A DNA stretch of 64,000 nucleotides, taken from the NCBI GenBank assembly GCA_965637545.1, contig OZ281500.1, positions 4,340,001 to 4,404,000 on the forward strand. The letters are read 5' to 3'. Positions 1 through 19,024 of the stretch are shown piece by piece. Below the pieces are notes generated by a model, which was not told the origin of the DNA, made no database searches, and worked only from the letters and a program-made list of their open reading frames with translations. A program made the translations under genes and the position numbers. Numbering within the stretch: the stretch's first letter is position 1; each line of letters begins with the position of its first letter. The DNA is from Phallusia mammillata (Eukaryota).

Positions 1-645
1 CTGCATATTGCAACTTCTAAACCACTTCGTTTCAGCAACACCATGAGATTTTTACAGGTTTTTAACAAGGATTTTTTTCTGCGAAATGAACACACTGTCA
101 TTTGGCGAAGGACTTTCTTGAAGACCAAAAACAGAGTCGAGTTTTCAGGTAAAGCAAGATGAAAATGTACGAGTCTACAAACCAAGTAACATGAAAAAAA
201 AAATGAAAATGGGGCCGCCAACACCAAAAGGCCATTTGACGGTAGGAACACAGTGGAGAAAAAATGCTGAGCGTCAAAATGACGTCATTGCGCTGTGACG
301 TCACAGAGTAGTTCAATGAAGAAAAAAGATTAAAAGCACCGCTTGGCTAAAACTCTTTATGGCTGGAACGACAGCAAACGGATGGTGAAAAGGTTTAAAA
401 AATACAAAATTTAACCAGATGCGGTTGGTGCTTTCAACGTGCACTTTACAGTAGAATGGTTAGTACGCTTTGACCCAATTATGGGTAAGTAAAAAGGCAT
501 AAAACACTGATTACAAGCATTTTCCAATTTGTTAAGGTTTACATGGCACACAATGACTCAAATCAGCTTCGTGCGTTGCAGTGGTGCCACTAAGCCGAGT
601 TAAAAACAAAAAAATGGACATCCGCAAGTGGGCGTGCGCGAGCGG

Positions 646-5804
<5,159 letters not shown>

Positions 5805-6344
5805 AACGGTGAGGCCGAGTCTAAAATAAAATGGTAAAATTTAAGCTTTTTTAATCGTGAGTTTCTTCTGGCCTAGTTTTTGTAAAATATAATCAAGGTT
5901 TGATTATGTTTCGTGGACGGAAATTTTTAACCAAACTCGAAACATTTTATTATTTTCCAAATTTTACACAACACATCATGTGTCTGATGACAAGACACCT
6001 CGTCTACACTTCCTCCGCTTTCTGACGTCACAAAGGGTCGGGTCACGGGGTCATCATACCAATACACCCCGAGCAAACAAACGGGGCAACAATGGCCAAC
6101 GTAAACACAAGGAACAGAAATAACGTCTCCATAAACAGAGTCTAACACCAGTTTTACACCCACGGGAATCCCGCTTTATCTTGCCGCAGTCTTAGAATAG
6201 CTTTGGGGCAGGTATGGACAAACGTGTTGTAATGGTAAATGACTCGACTGTCTCGAATGGCGGGGTAAAAAGATTTGACTCCTATCCAATAACAAACTAA
6301 ATTTTTTTTACCTAAATCGCAGATTGTCTACAAAGATGCGAGTA

Positions 6345-6610
6345 AACTCGAACTTGACTCGAATTGGCAAGTTACAAAGGTTTAACTCAATTCTAAATAC
6401 AAACTCAACTCAGACTGAGGATTGTGTGAATAATAATCTGATTCACTCGAATTTGATACCACTTGGAGGGATACAAATACTCGACTCCAGGATTGTAAAA
6501 AAACGAGTACACTCGAATTTGACTCGATTCGGCGGTTAACGAAGCTCAAGTAAAATTGAGTATTGTGTGACAGAGAATCGAGTACACTCGAATTTGCGAG
6601 TGCTCAACTC
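6345..6610. repeat. Degenerate array of ACTCGAA(T/C)TTG motifs
   Basis: Motif near 6346, 6445, 6511 and 6586; the 18-mer CGAGTACACTCGAATTTG is exact at about 6504 and 6579. Confidence 0.6.
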
Positions 6611-9600
6611 AAATTAAGAATTGTGTAAAAAAGACCCAACTGTACACGGATTTTCCCTAAATGAACAAGAATGATCTTAAATCAAGTCCTGTAGTTGAGT
6701 GTGTGCTGTCTTCAAAACTTACAATGGACAGATGCTTGATCTTCTGGCTGCAGCATTTTCCACAATCCTATTCACGAATCTTGTTTGGTTATGTACGTAA
6801 CAATCACACTGTCGCTCTACCGCAACCGACGCCATTGTTACGTCACCTTCGCTCATTGTTTCGCTACAGCGAGCTCAGGTGAAGGGTCAAAATACTCTGG
6901 GGTCTCACTTTAGGGACCAAGGGGTTAATTTGCCCGGAATACACACGGTTTTAAAATATCAGTAAAAAAACGAATTATTTCAAAGGCTGCAATGAAAAAT
7001 ATATATTTTATTGTAGTTTATATATAGCAAGTTCCCATTCCAATAAACATCTCTGTACACTACATCTTTCTGGAACTCTGCCTGTACATTGGTAAAAGCA
7101 AATGTAATGAAACTTGCATTTTACCATTTTACTATGCTGCGTGTTTTTCATTTAATTACGTTTTGTGACAAATCAACCATTTGCTAAGTCTGTGACAGTA
7201 AAAAAAAAACGGAAAAGATTGAAGTAAACTTGCAAAAACAACTTTTAGCAGGAGGTGTTATACCGAGTTAGATCTGTTTTTCTAGCATTCTCTTACAACA
7301 AGTAAAGAAAAATTGACCATCATAAACAGCTCCGTTCAAAATTTTACTTTATGAGAAAGCAAAGCGAATAGTATAAGCTTTCGAAAACACAACAAATCAC
7401 AGTTCTATACTCGACTGGGGTCAACTACATAACAGACACAGCGTGCTACAACTGGTCAACCGCTTTGCAGCGTTTTCGGCACGTACACCAAGCAGCCAAG
7501 TGCAACAATGCCTGAGCGGCGAAAGCAAGATCAAGAGAGGCCAAAGAAAACAAACCGACGACAATGGACAGTCGCCGCTTGACGATACTCAAAAACGAGA
7601 GGAGCACCATCGACGGACAAGAGTTGATCTAAATTTAGAGTCAGTGTAGCGGTTTGGACGGTATGGAAAAGTTGGTTTGGAGCGACGCGGGAAATGTCCC
7701 GGATGTTGTTGGGACAGTCGATGTCACGTGGGCCGGCTGCGAAGCCCGAATGCTTTGCAGACTGTTTAGGTTTGGTTGGTTATAAGTTAAGGATTATAGC
7801 GAACTTTTTAAACTGACGTTTGCAAATCGTTACATGTAACAAGCTTGATTATAATAAATGCAAAGCAATTTTATGTGCACTCATGAGGAAGTTATAATAA
7901 CATGTATTACTCGATGTCATTATTTCTCTATTAGAAACTTATGTGCATTAGATATAGGCAGTTTTGTAAACCAAAATTGAAGGTCTTGAAAATTTGGTTC
8001 GCAGACCAATAATGAGCCCTTACATTTTGGCACATCATCAATCAACAATGAAACGTCACAACTAAAAATCTTGAACACCAACAAAAAGTGTAAGTTGGTG
8101 TTTTCGTATTTGAACTGCGGTAAACTCTTATTGAAATTAGTTTTGGAATTTTTAAAATCAGTTTTGAAATATCTAGGCAGTAAATTTAAAACCGCGAGCC
8201 GAAAACACAATGTATACATGACCACAAAATCGTTCGTAGTGCTATATGTTTAACAGCCACAGGAGTTTGATGCAACAGACGGAGACCTCAGTAATAAAAT
8301 GGTAAGCCACGCACCTTTAACTCGCCAATAGAGCTCCAGGACATCAACAAACCTTGAACTTGCACATGAAGGTCAAGGCGGTGATCTCAAGGCATTGTGT
8401 CCAGTTATGTAACAACAGAGTACAAACGAAAGCGCTTTGAGACCGATTTCAATCATAATAGAAAGAAACAGCGCCATACAATTGGAAAATGCGGGTATAT
8501 ATTGCTATTATACAGTCACAAAAGCAGTTTTCGTGAAGCAAACTCAACCAGTCGAAGGTCGCTCATATCCGTGTTGATTCGGTGGCTATGAAGACGTGCC
8601 CTGCAGACCGCAAAAAAGCAATACGGCTCCCGGGAACGGGATTATTATTAATTTCGTATCGCCCACAATTGTGTTTGCCGTACAATGACATGTCGACCGA
8701 TAGCGGGTGATTGACATCGTTGACGGCAGATTGGCGACGTAAAGATCAAAGAGTCTATTGCTGAGGAATCCGGCCTAGTCTTTGAGACAACTTTGCGGCC
8801 TGACATGAACGCATGCCATATGCCAAGTTGAAATAAAACGTTTGATGGGATAACGGGAGAAAAATAGCTAAAGAGATTAGTTGGGTACACAGACGCCAGT
8901 GGTAGTTCCGTTGTGCACACTAGGTGTGGGCTTGGAATCAAATAAATTTGGATTGTATGGATTTAAACACGTTTAATGTTTTTGTAAAGGAGCGTAATTT
9001 AGTTGATTGTACCGCTAGATCCTGCGCCTACAAAGTCAATATTACTTACTACTGTTGTAATGTCAAACGTAAATAGTTTGCAATGGTTGTCAACAACAAA
9101 AACTGCCAAATAAATGTCACAAATCCGTCAACACAGGAAAAACTGTAAATAAAGTTATGCGCTGTATTATTTTTGCATTTATTTCTAGAACAGAGGTTGT
9201 AAACTCATTTCAAGACATAAACCCAACCAATCAGCCGAATTAAAAGAATATCATTGGCTTTTTGGAATTTTGTTAAGAACAAAAATACCATATACCGCAA
9301 GTAGTTTTCACAACATTTTTGGGACCTAAATGCATATTTGAATTCTTTTCCACTTATCACCAAATATAATTGACAACCTATGGAACAACCAAGAAGTATT
9401 AACGACCTCTAGTGATAGATGGACCACCATTAGTCGCTCCGCCGTTCAAAAATCATAATAGACAAAATTACTCTGCTGGAAACTGCACGCAAAACACCTA
9501 TGGCATGAAGGCTTACAACCCTGTCACTTGACTTCAAATTTGTAATCCTGTATTTCAGTAAGTTTCCCACACATCCTAAACCTTAACTTTAAATTTATTT

Positions 9601-12600
9601 GCCATGTCAATTCTAACAACACTTTTCACCACATGAGGGCAATTAAAACCGCTTGGCTGCTTCGTTACAACATGAGTAGCGAATTGAAACGGACAGTATG
9701 GTCAGTTTAAAGCTTAGTGCAACTTACAACGCGTAAAGGTGACCACTCCTGTTCGATAGTCGTGGGAACAGAAGGACATTGAGGCCGTGTGTCACGTCAC
9801 AATACCCGATTATGATGGATTGATGTTACCCGGTTACCATTGTTAACACGTCAGATGCTTGATATTAAAGAGAATTTGCTCAATAGCTTTACCATGGTTT
9901 AACACGTGTGGTATTTTTAATAATAGTATAACCGTTTTTATAGGCCATTTCGTGGGCCTTTATCTTTAAGTTAAGCATTATAGTGTACTTTTAAAACAAG
10001 AAACAATTAAAACCTTGTATATAGTTGAATCAATTCATTGTGAAAGTATTTATATTTTGTTTTAGCTCGTACATTTTGCATCGATGGTAAAACAACGAAT
10101 ATTAAATCATTTGCAAACAGGTGTTTATGGTAATATCGTTTGTATTTTAGCTGCAATTTAGGTTTGTTGTTAAGTTTCTAGAGTCTAGACATTCTATTCT
10201 TTTGAAAGGCTGGTGAATTTTTACATTTTTTTTATTTTTGTTTTTTTAAATATCGTTAGTTAACCAAGCAGGTTTATTTCCGTTTACACTGGCCGCCAAA
10301 ATGCAACTTCCCAACTGAAGTGGCGAAAGTCTACGACGCTTGACGTGTAAGTGGGGTGAAATGGGGTTTAAAAACTTTCCACAACTGTCACGCCCACATT
10401 GACACCATTTAGCGCTTGCTGCAGCCAATCAGCGTTAAGAACCGGAATGCATTAGAAAAGGGAGATTTATTCCAACTAAAGCATTCCATTTGTGCACATA
10501 TAATTTGACCAATTTGAATAACGAAATGTAGATCTGTAATGATAATAACAACAACAGTTGGTAAAACGTTTGCAATAAACTTTAATAAGTTATATTGCAT
10601 TTTTGTCAAAGGCACTTTGCAAGTACGTGTATGTTTTTCTATCACAACAAAAAATATGACTTTCTGTTATCAGTGGCCAAGTTAAATTACAGATCTTCAA
10701 AGAAAAAATATACAAGCATAACAACAAGTTATAAAATCATGTCTTTTGAATTTTTTTACCTTTTATCTTGACAGTGAAACAAACGCTAAAAACGAAAACA
10801 AGTGCTTACATTCAACGCTATGTGTCCCTTTTTACTGCCCCATGTAACACTAACAACACAAAAAAACGTCCCAATTAACATGCAAAAAATTTCCATGAGC
10901 ATAACAACGCATCCTTGCAGCAGACCCTTGTTACAGAACTAAAAAAGTCTTATAGAGACAAAAAACGAACTATTCGTGCGCTACAACCGAGGTCCTCATT
11001 AAAACCAGCGCAGCTAACCTTCCTGGAGCCGACTTGTCACGTACACACAGTTACTTTATAGCTTCGTTGCAGCTAGAAGTGAAAGTGCTTGGTGGGTTGA
11101 ACAACAACTAGTGGGGACTGAGGGGTCTTGACATCACGTGACAGAGGATACTTCCTCCCACTTGTACCGGTTCAAGTGCAAGGTCACGAAGGGCGTGGAT
11201 TGCTTTGTTTACGTGGAAAATACGAAATTGAAATACTGTCTGGTCACGGAAAATTGTGCAAAAATGTAGTTATCATTATTTTAATGGTATTGTTGGTTTG
11301 TCCACAATGAGTCGAGCCGTCGAGCTGCCTGGTTATTGCCAGTCCGTTGGATTATTTATTTTTTTATAATTTAGTTTGTCGCCATGTTTTAGTTATTTAT
11401 ATAGTTTCCGCGTTTCAATTGTGACGAAATACCACAAGTTAATGGTTGTAATAAGTTTTACAAAAAATGTTTGGTAAATTTTTTGACACGTGCGATGTTT
11501 TTAACTTTTTAATTAGCGTCCATGTTACGGAAAAAAAACTGAGTTCAAGCTCGCAAATGGCCAGGAACCGCGATTTTCAACGTTTGTGTATGAACTTAAA
11601 GATTCTTAATCATTCAGCCAATACATAACGTGAAATTGTTCCGATCCACAATACATAAAAAATTAATCACCAATCCTAAAACAACTGACCTTTAAAGCTT
11701 TCAAATAAAATGTTATAAGCTGCAAATTTCAAACTGAGAGTCAGCTTTCTATAACTGTTTACATTTAAATTAATTTCAATGGTTTGACATTGTCGCAACA
11801 CACAGGCTCATGACACTTATATAAATAGAACGCTAAAATACAAAACTTCGAAACAGGACTTTAACTTACAACTAATTTCAACTCAAGTAACTCTTCTCTA
11901 ATTGATGACGAATGTCGCAACACGTACAGCTTATGAATTGTTTCAGGGACAGACACGAGAAGTCGTAGATACAATAGCAAATCCGTCATAAAAGCTCCAG
12001 TGCTAATTCGAGAAACAAAAATATTGTCATCTATTGTCAGGAGGGACAGGGCAAACCGCTACACCGAACCGGGCGTGTAACCAAGTCTGTGAAATATTGC
12101 GCCATTGTTAAAGCTTGGGTGGTAGTGTTGTATCATAGCGCATAGTTTAACGCCACACGACCTATGATCTTGTACAATTTCCTACAGTGGATGACCGAAG
12201 AGTAAGATTCCCTTTGGCGATAGAGCAATGGACGCAAATAAAAGAGCTAAGCAAGTAATTGAAAGTTATTCGAGTAAAACAACATTGAAAGTGGAATATT
12301 TTATTGCGAGTTTCAGGGTGGTCCAAGCGTGCCCCGGTATAGCTTTCTGATCTTGATGGCAATCGGTAGCGGTTATCGAAGCACGCCCGGTGGAAAGGCT
12401 ACACCGTAATTCGAGGCAAAATAAATACCTAACAATGGCTGGGCGCGGGTGGCCCAAAACACCGGGAGCTTGTTTCAACATTAAACATACGGCACGAGCT
12501 TTTTGTACAGGGTTAAGCGTGATTGGTCAAACCGACTTTACAATTGTTGTAAGTGGCGAGTGTCAGACTTTTGACAAGTTCGGCAATCAGAGTTAATACG

Positions 12601-14918
12601 GATGCGAATCTTTTTCAGATAGATTCGAATAGTAAATAAACGCGGTAAACTTGGAATCGCTTGAAATTAAAAATCATTTTATTCGGTTTAAATGAACTTT
12701 CCGTTCAGAAATGACAAAAGGATTCGAATAGCGTATATCGTAGCCTCTTATACTCAGCTGTCTTGGTAGTTTAATTCCAAACCTCTTTTCGCGTTTAAAA
12801 TGCACAACTCCGTTGGTTTGCGAAAGCGTGGTCACGTGACCATTCCAATTACAACAGCAAACCTTACAATGTCTGCCTTCAATATTACGTGTGTAACACC
12901 TCATACAAATTTATAGACGCTAGTCTAATTCACTGTATATCAGCACAAACGCAGCCTAGTAGACGTTTGAATTTAAACCGCAACTACAAGTGTATAATGA
13001 CGCAAGTACGGCATTTCAAGACGGGAAACTCCTATCTAAAATTTCCAATAAACTAACGTGTTGGTACGTTCCCAGTTGACATAAATAACTTTAGGCGGTG
13101 TCTGACAGGCTCAATCGAAGAACTTGTTAGGAGCATCGTTGTAGTGTGTTATACACGTCGGTTGATGTGTTATTTACCTTAAATGGTGTTTAGGAGAACT
13201 GATTTCATAGATCTAATCTAAACGTGTAAACCAAGCGTTTCGTTAACTGCTACGAATTCGGAGGTTGATCTTACATCATCATGAAATAATTGCTACCAGC
13301 AGTAATCGATACTTTAAACGTTTGTCAAACAGATAATTATTAATCACTTTGGTTTACTTTCTGAAACGCAAGTCGTTCTCTATGTTGCGTCATGCGACCC
13401 TTCAAGAACAATATTGGGTCCTAACCTAGAAATCCGACTGGATCCGGATACCATATTTGATGTAAATGGTTCTAATGCAAAACTTAAACCATAACAACAA
13501 ATGCAAAACTCACGATAGATCCTTACAAAACCGGAACTCAAACTTGTTTAAGTATCGAATACTAAAGTTCAAACCTTTGTTTTAAACCAACTTTACAAAG
13601 AAAAGAAAACCAATCCACGTGTTAATTTACCCTTGCAAGTAACTTTTAATTCCAGCTCCGCAGTTCCGGGCTTCACGACTCTGCACCGTTTTATTACATC
13701 TCGTTAACATTTGTTGGCTCTGACAACAAGTTGTGTTTTCTCTCTTAAAGTATTGGACATACCCCTCCTAAATTATACAGTAACTGGCAGCTCAGCGGTT
13801 ATCAAAGAACAAAGCCTCTACATTTCACATTTAAAATTTATGACATTCAGATAATATTTAAAACTAGCAATGTGAAAATGTGAGGTAAAACACACATTAC
13901 ACTGAAATGCTTTTACGTCTTTACGAAACATACCGCTGACATTACTTTTGACCAAACAAAAATAAGTCGTCAGGTTTTTCTTTAAAATGAAAAACTCTTC
14001 GCGTTCTCCTTCAAACTCAACTCTTCGTATAGTTTGGCTATAGTTTCACTACTTATAGGTACACGTATACGGATTTACTGCAGCCTTATGCAAATCTTTA
14101 TGCATTTTTACAATACAAATAGTCATTCCTGCATCTAGCCAAAAATCCTTGCTCTTAAGTCTAAAATGTAATGTGGATTGAAAGCAAGCTACCCCCCATA
14201 CACAGTGGTACTGTTTGTGTTATCAAAACTGCCCATCGAAATGTACGCAAACAACCCGACATACTATTCACATTAGGGTTCGAAAGCCGTTCATCAGTTC
14301 AAAGGTTCCTTGTAACCAATATTAAACTTAAAAGCACAAAAAGTCATAAATTATAAATGACCTCAAAGAATATTAAACCGCAAAGGTCTCGATCACGTTG
14401 TGCAAATACAATAATTTTAAACATCCTTTACATGTGGTTTAAGTAGTATTTTGTTGGTACTGCAAATTCATAGATATTAACCTGCGTCGTAACGGTCAGA
14501 CATAATTGGCACCGGTTTTCTATTCAATAAAAATTCCTTCTATTTAACCGAATACCATCCCCTTGATATCGTTTACGTATACTGGACGAAAAAGATCGGC
14601 TCTTTTTCCACCGAACACAAAAGGTTTTTCGATGCCAGTTACTATTTAATCAAGGAATTTTCACAGATACAACTGTAGATTTTGCTATGTGACCACAAAC
14701 TGCTATATCGATGGTAAAAAATCTCGGAATCAAAGCAGTACGTGACAACCTTTCTATGCAAAAAATGTTGTCTAGAAACAATTCAACCCTAAATTTGCAT
14801 TTGGATTAATAGATACACACTAAAAATCAAAATTTCCCATGAAGTTACATTTACTTATCACATTTTACTGCAAACATTTTAACAATCCGTTCAATAATCG
14901 ATGCAAAACGTCACCAGG

Positions 14919-15443
14919 CAGACTTGGACAACTAGATTTTTTTTCGGCATTTCAAATTAGATTAGAATTAAAATTAGAGCATCTCCTTTTTTGAAAATTA
15001 GATTAGAATTAGAATTAGAATTTTCTCAAAATCTAGAAATTAAACTAGAATTCAAACTAGAATTAGATTTAAGCAAACCAACTTTAGTTTGTTTCAAATT
15101 TGAACTTGTAGATTTGCACGTTTAAAACAATACGATTCGGTGCATCTAAAACGTGTTTGAACGGAGCTGAGTGCCAAGTTTCACTGAAAAACGTGTTTCA
15201 GTGATGTAGTTTGGTCTTGTTAATTGCATGGTTTTGTGCGCTTTTGTAACAAAATGCATGCTCAGATCACATATCTAAAAGTGCCGTTGGACAAACTAGC
15301 GATTTTGGGAAAACTGTGAATTAGATTAGAATTAGAATTAGAGCTGACTCGATAATTCTAAATTAGATTAGAACTAGAATTACCGCCATTTTGCTCTAAT
15401 TTACCCAATTAGACAACTAGAATTATCTAGTTGTCCAAGTCTG
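14919..15443. mobile_element. hAT-type MITE, 525 bp
   Basis: Perfect 19-bp TIR CAGACTTGGACAACTAGAT and perfect 8-bp TSD TCACCAGG (14911-14918 and 15444-15451); many subterminal AATTAG repeats; no ORF. Confidence 0.9.
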
Positions 15444-18400
15444 TCACCAGGAACGAAAATCATTAACCAAATACTGCACAAGCTTTTAGCAGTTTCATTT
15501 TCGATCAACACCGACAACGTTCGTCAAAAACGACCAACTGACTGACTATAACTCCCAGTAATTACTTCTTATTTAAAAAATTTCTTACAGAACAAAAACC
15601 AATGCTGTACTGAGCACCGAAGCTACTGACAATGATTGTTAAACTGCGTCCCCTATAACCACTGACAAAGGTTAGCGCATATCGAGACGGCTTGCGACAA
15701 TTCAAGCGTTTTCAAACTTCGAATCGGTAGTACAGACGTCGTCAAAACATATACCACATCCGCGCAACGGCAGACGAGTGTGCATAAGCTTTGGCGATCA
15801 AAACTATGATAACGGAAAGCAAGCACACAATTGACCGTGTAGCAACAAAACCTGACTTCCAAGGGTACTAGGACACAATATCTCCAGAGCGTGGTTTAAT
15901 TGTGCGGCCTTGATAGTTGTGTTTGCCTGTTTTTCGTGTTTTTAAAGAATTGAGGTAACAATCTAAGGAAGGGGTTGACTCAGATTTTTGACAATATATT
16001 CTTGTAAACTTAAATGTTTTGGGGGTTTGAAAACTTGTATATTGCATTACTAAAGTGTGTACTGCTTAAAGTTGGGTCAAAAAACTCTGATCTACAATGC
16101 AAGCGTAAATTAGGTATAAGTGCTGTCATTTTTAGCGGATAATTTTAGGCGTTTTCTATTTTACTACTTAAAGTTAATAAATCTTCTTTTTGACAGACAT
16201 AACTTGATCATGGTACGTTGCAACGGCTGTACAATAGCACTAAATAATAACTCGTTTGGCAAACCTAATTGCTTCAAAAATACAAAACCAAAACTGTTAG
16301 ACTTATATTAAATATTAAATCTTTAGGCTATGCTACTTTTCCACAGAAAAACAAGACTACCTAGCGCGTAAGTAACCAAAAGGGGCACAACACCTCGTAC
16401 TGCAATCTATGTTATGACACAAAATAAATGCGCATAAGAGATAGTGTTAATTTATAGGAGTTTTTTTTCACACAACAACATGAAACGAATTTCTCCTGAG
16501 CTTAAAATAGATTTTTCGAAATAGAAAATTAATTCGAGGTTCAATTTTCCTCGAATTTAAACCCACAAATCAACATGACATTGCATGGCAACAGGCTGGT
16601 AACCAAATTCAACAAAATACAATTTTTATAGTTGCACAAATGTTTTCCTTTCGCAACTATTGAACTGTATAGAACGTCAAAACGTGAAATAAGCTGTCTG
16701 CGCACGCCGAAACACAGACCTTACTTCATTTTCACCTACAAAACGTGACTCTTAGGAGTATACAATTGTTTGCTGAGCTCCCAAAATAAATAACCAACAA
16801 TATGTTTATATCACTCCAAAATTCAAAAACAAAGTCAAGTCAAAGATTAAACAAATCATAAGTTCATTATAAGTTTTATGCCGGTTCTGTAACACACAAA
16901 CAATTGAGTTTTTTTGGAAAACAGATTTAGGTAATGAGTGAACGTTTTCTGAGATAAGTATTTAACAACCGCGCAATTACACAAATATTCAACAATTAAA
17001 GTTTATTGTTTAAGCCTTTACAAAAAAATCAATATTCCAAGTATCACTTGGTTTTTGCTTTCAATCATCTATTTTAATCCAAACTCAAACCATTACTATT
17101 TCAAAAGACAAACAAGCAGCAGCCTTTTTTACACCGAACCTAAACCTGGGACCCAAATCCGAAAGTCAGACCCGATTTAAGCCGGTTATTGACACTCAAG
17201 TCCAAACCCGACCCGAAAAGCCCGGTGCGACTTACAAACCTTAGGCTACCTTGCCAAATTGTCAGTCCTGGAGAAATATACAAGAGTCTAGGTCTAGGCA
17301 AACATTGCTTCATATGTCACAACCACTACACTGTAACTTAGGTTATGACTCAGGCGAAGAAAAACAAGATATTCGTAGTATTATTAGCTTTGTGCACTGT
17401 CTGCTATTCTCACCTATGTCAACTTAGGTAGGCGTCATTGCCATGTCTTACATAAACTGTCGTATGTGTCACCAGACATGTCACTTTTATCGAACGTATT
17501 TCATTGAAAGTGAAATGAGAAAGTAATAAAAACGTCGTGGCAATGATAACAAGGCGTGTGAGATCAGCATTTAGTGTCGAAACCGAATTGTCCGTATACA
17601 TGAACTTTGAAAATCCCCAAGCGCTTGGGCATTTCTCAAACTTCGGAAATTTGAAGGGGGTTCTTTATCTTTGTATTTCTTTGAAAATTTTGAGCTATGC
17701 CTTTTGTTAAATGAAAGGTTCTTTCGCTTGGTAAGCTACTGTGCTCTTTGAAAAAGCAAAGATGTACGTCAAAAAAAATTACAGTATATGTATATGCTAT
17801 TAAACGGAACAAAAATAGGCTATATCTGTGCCCCATTGAGTAAGCGAACTGATGGAACACCATTCAACCACCATTGTGCTAAAGTTTTGATTTACCTGCC
17901 TAATGCATAGAGAACACTCAAAACCTCATACTTTTTTCTGTATTTTTGCCCGTAAATACACGAAGAATTTTACTAGTACCAAACACTATCTGCACCAAAC
18001 GTATATACAGGCGATACAAGCGTCCTGGCTAAATTCTCATATTGGTCTCAAATATAACTCTTTCGACACATAAACCCCCATATCGAGCATTGTGAACTCT
18101 AACTGCACAAACAAAAAAGAAGTAGATTGTTTTGCGAACCTTTGACACCTCCTCTCACTCGTGTTAACGTTTAAACCGTTTTGTTATCGCAAGGTACCAA
18201 CCTACGATCACGCCGCGTATGATTCTAAGCAATATGTATTTGTTTTCAAGAGCACTTGACGTACTTTTACTTCAGACGTTTTTCTTCTGTGCTAACCTGC
18301 TATAGAAATCGCAAACTTTTACACTTTAAGATTTCTATTTACGAAAAAAACGAATGTTGGTGTTTTGTCATTGCCAGTACTTGTAAAATAATATTGACTT

Positions 18401-18999
18401 GAAGGTCAAAACGAGGCCAGGGAACAATTAGGCAGCAGTGTTGATAAACATTTACATGTTCAGCTATTTTGTATGACTAAACCTTAAAATCTATTTTTTG
18501 TGGTTTTGAAACTATTTTATACTTTTTGAGGTGTCAACCAAAACACTTTTTAACCAGCAGGCTATAATTGATTTGTGGTGTTTGCCGAACAGAGCAAACA
18601 CGATTGATATCTTGACACCAGAACAGGTTTACGCACTAGACTCTGCAAATATGGTTAATTATTAGCCTTGTAATTTCAGCTCTAAACACCGCACGTTGCC
18701 ATGGCAAGCTTCACACAGCGTGGGAAATTGACTTTCAACTCCTTGTTTACACTTCCTCTTGTGCTGTGTTAAAGCAAGTATTGGTCTTCACTTAACTTTC
18801 ACATGCTTTTGAACCTTTGGTGGTATGTGCACGTTTTGTTGCATTTTGTCCATTTCGCTTGGGTAAAGAAATAATTGACACGATTGCATTACCACACTCC
18901 AGAAATCCCGGCGAAGGTATCAAAGGCAGTTAAGTTGCCTCAATATTAAATAGATGTAAAGGTTTGTCGTGGTGATTAAGACGAGTACGGGAAGCTATG

Positions 19000-19024
19000 T
19001 GACGTCATATATACGTCACGTGAC
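19000..19024. promoter_or_regulatory. Composite CRE (TGACGTCA) plus CLEAR/E-box (GTCACGTGAC) motif
   Basis: TGACGTCA at 19000-19007 and GTCACGTGAC at 19015-19024; a second perfect GTCACGTGAC at 12831-12840. Motif match only, function not shown. Confidence 0.3.

Noticed and set aside
452-484. Possible 33-nt plus-strand microexon (tttacag/TA GAA TGG...ATG G/gtaagt, xEWLVRFDPIM)
   Set aside because: Good splice words but no neighbouring plus-strand exons to link it to; such pairs occur by chance.
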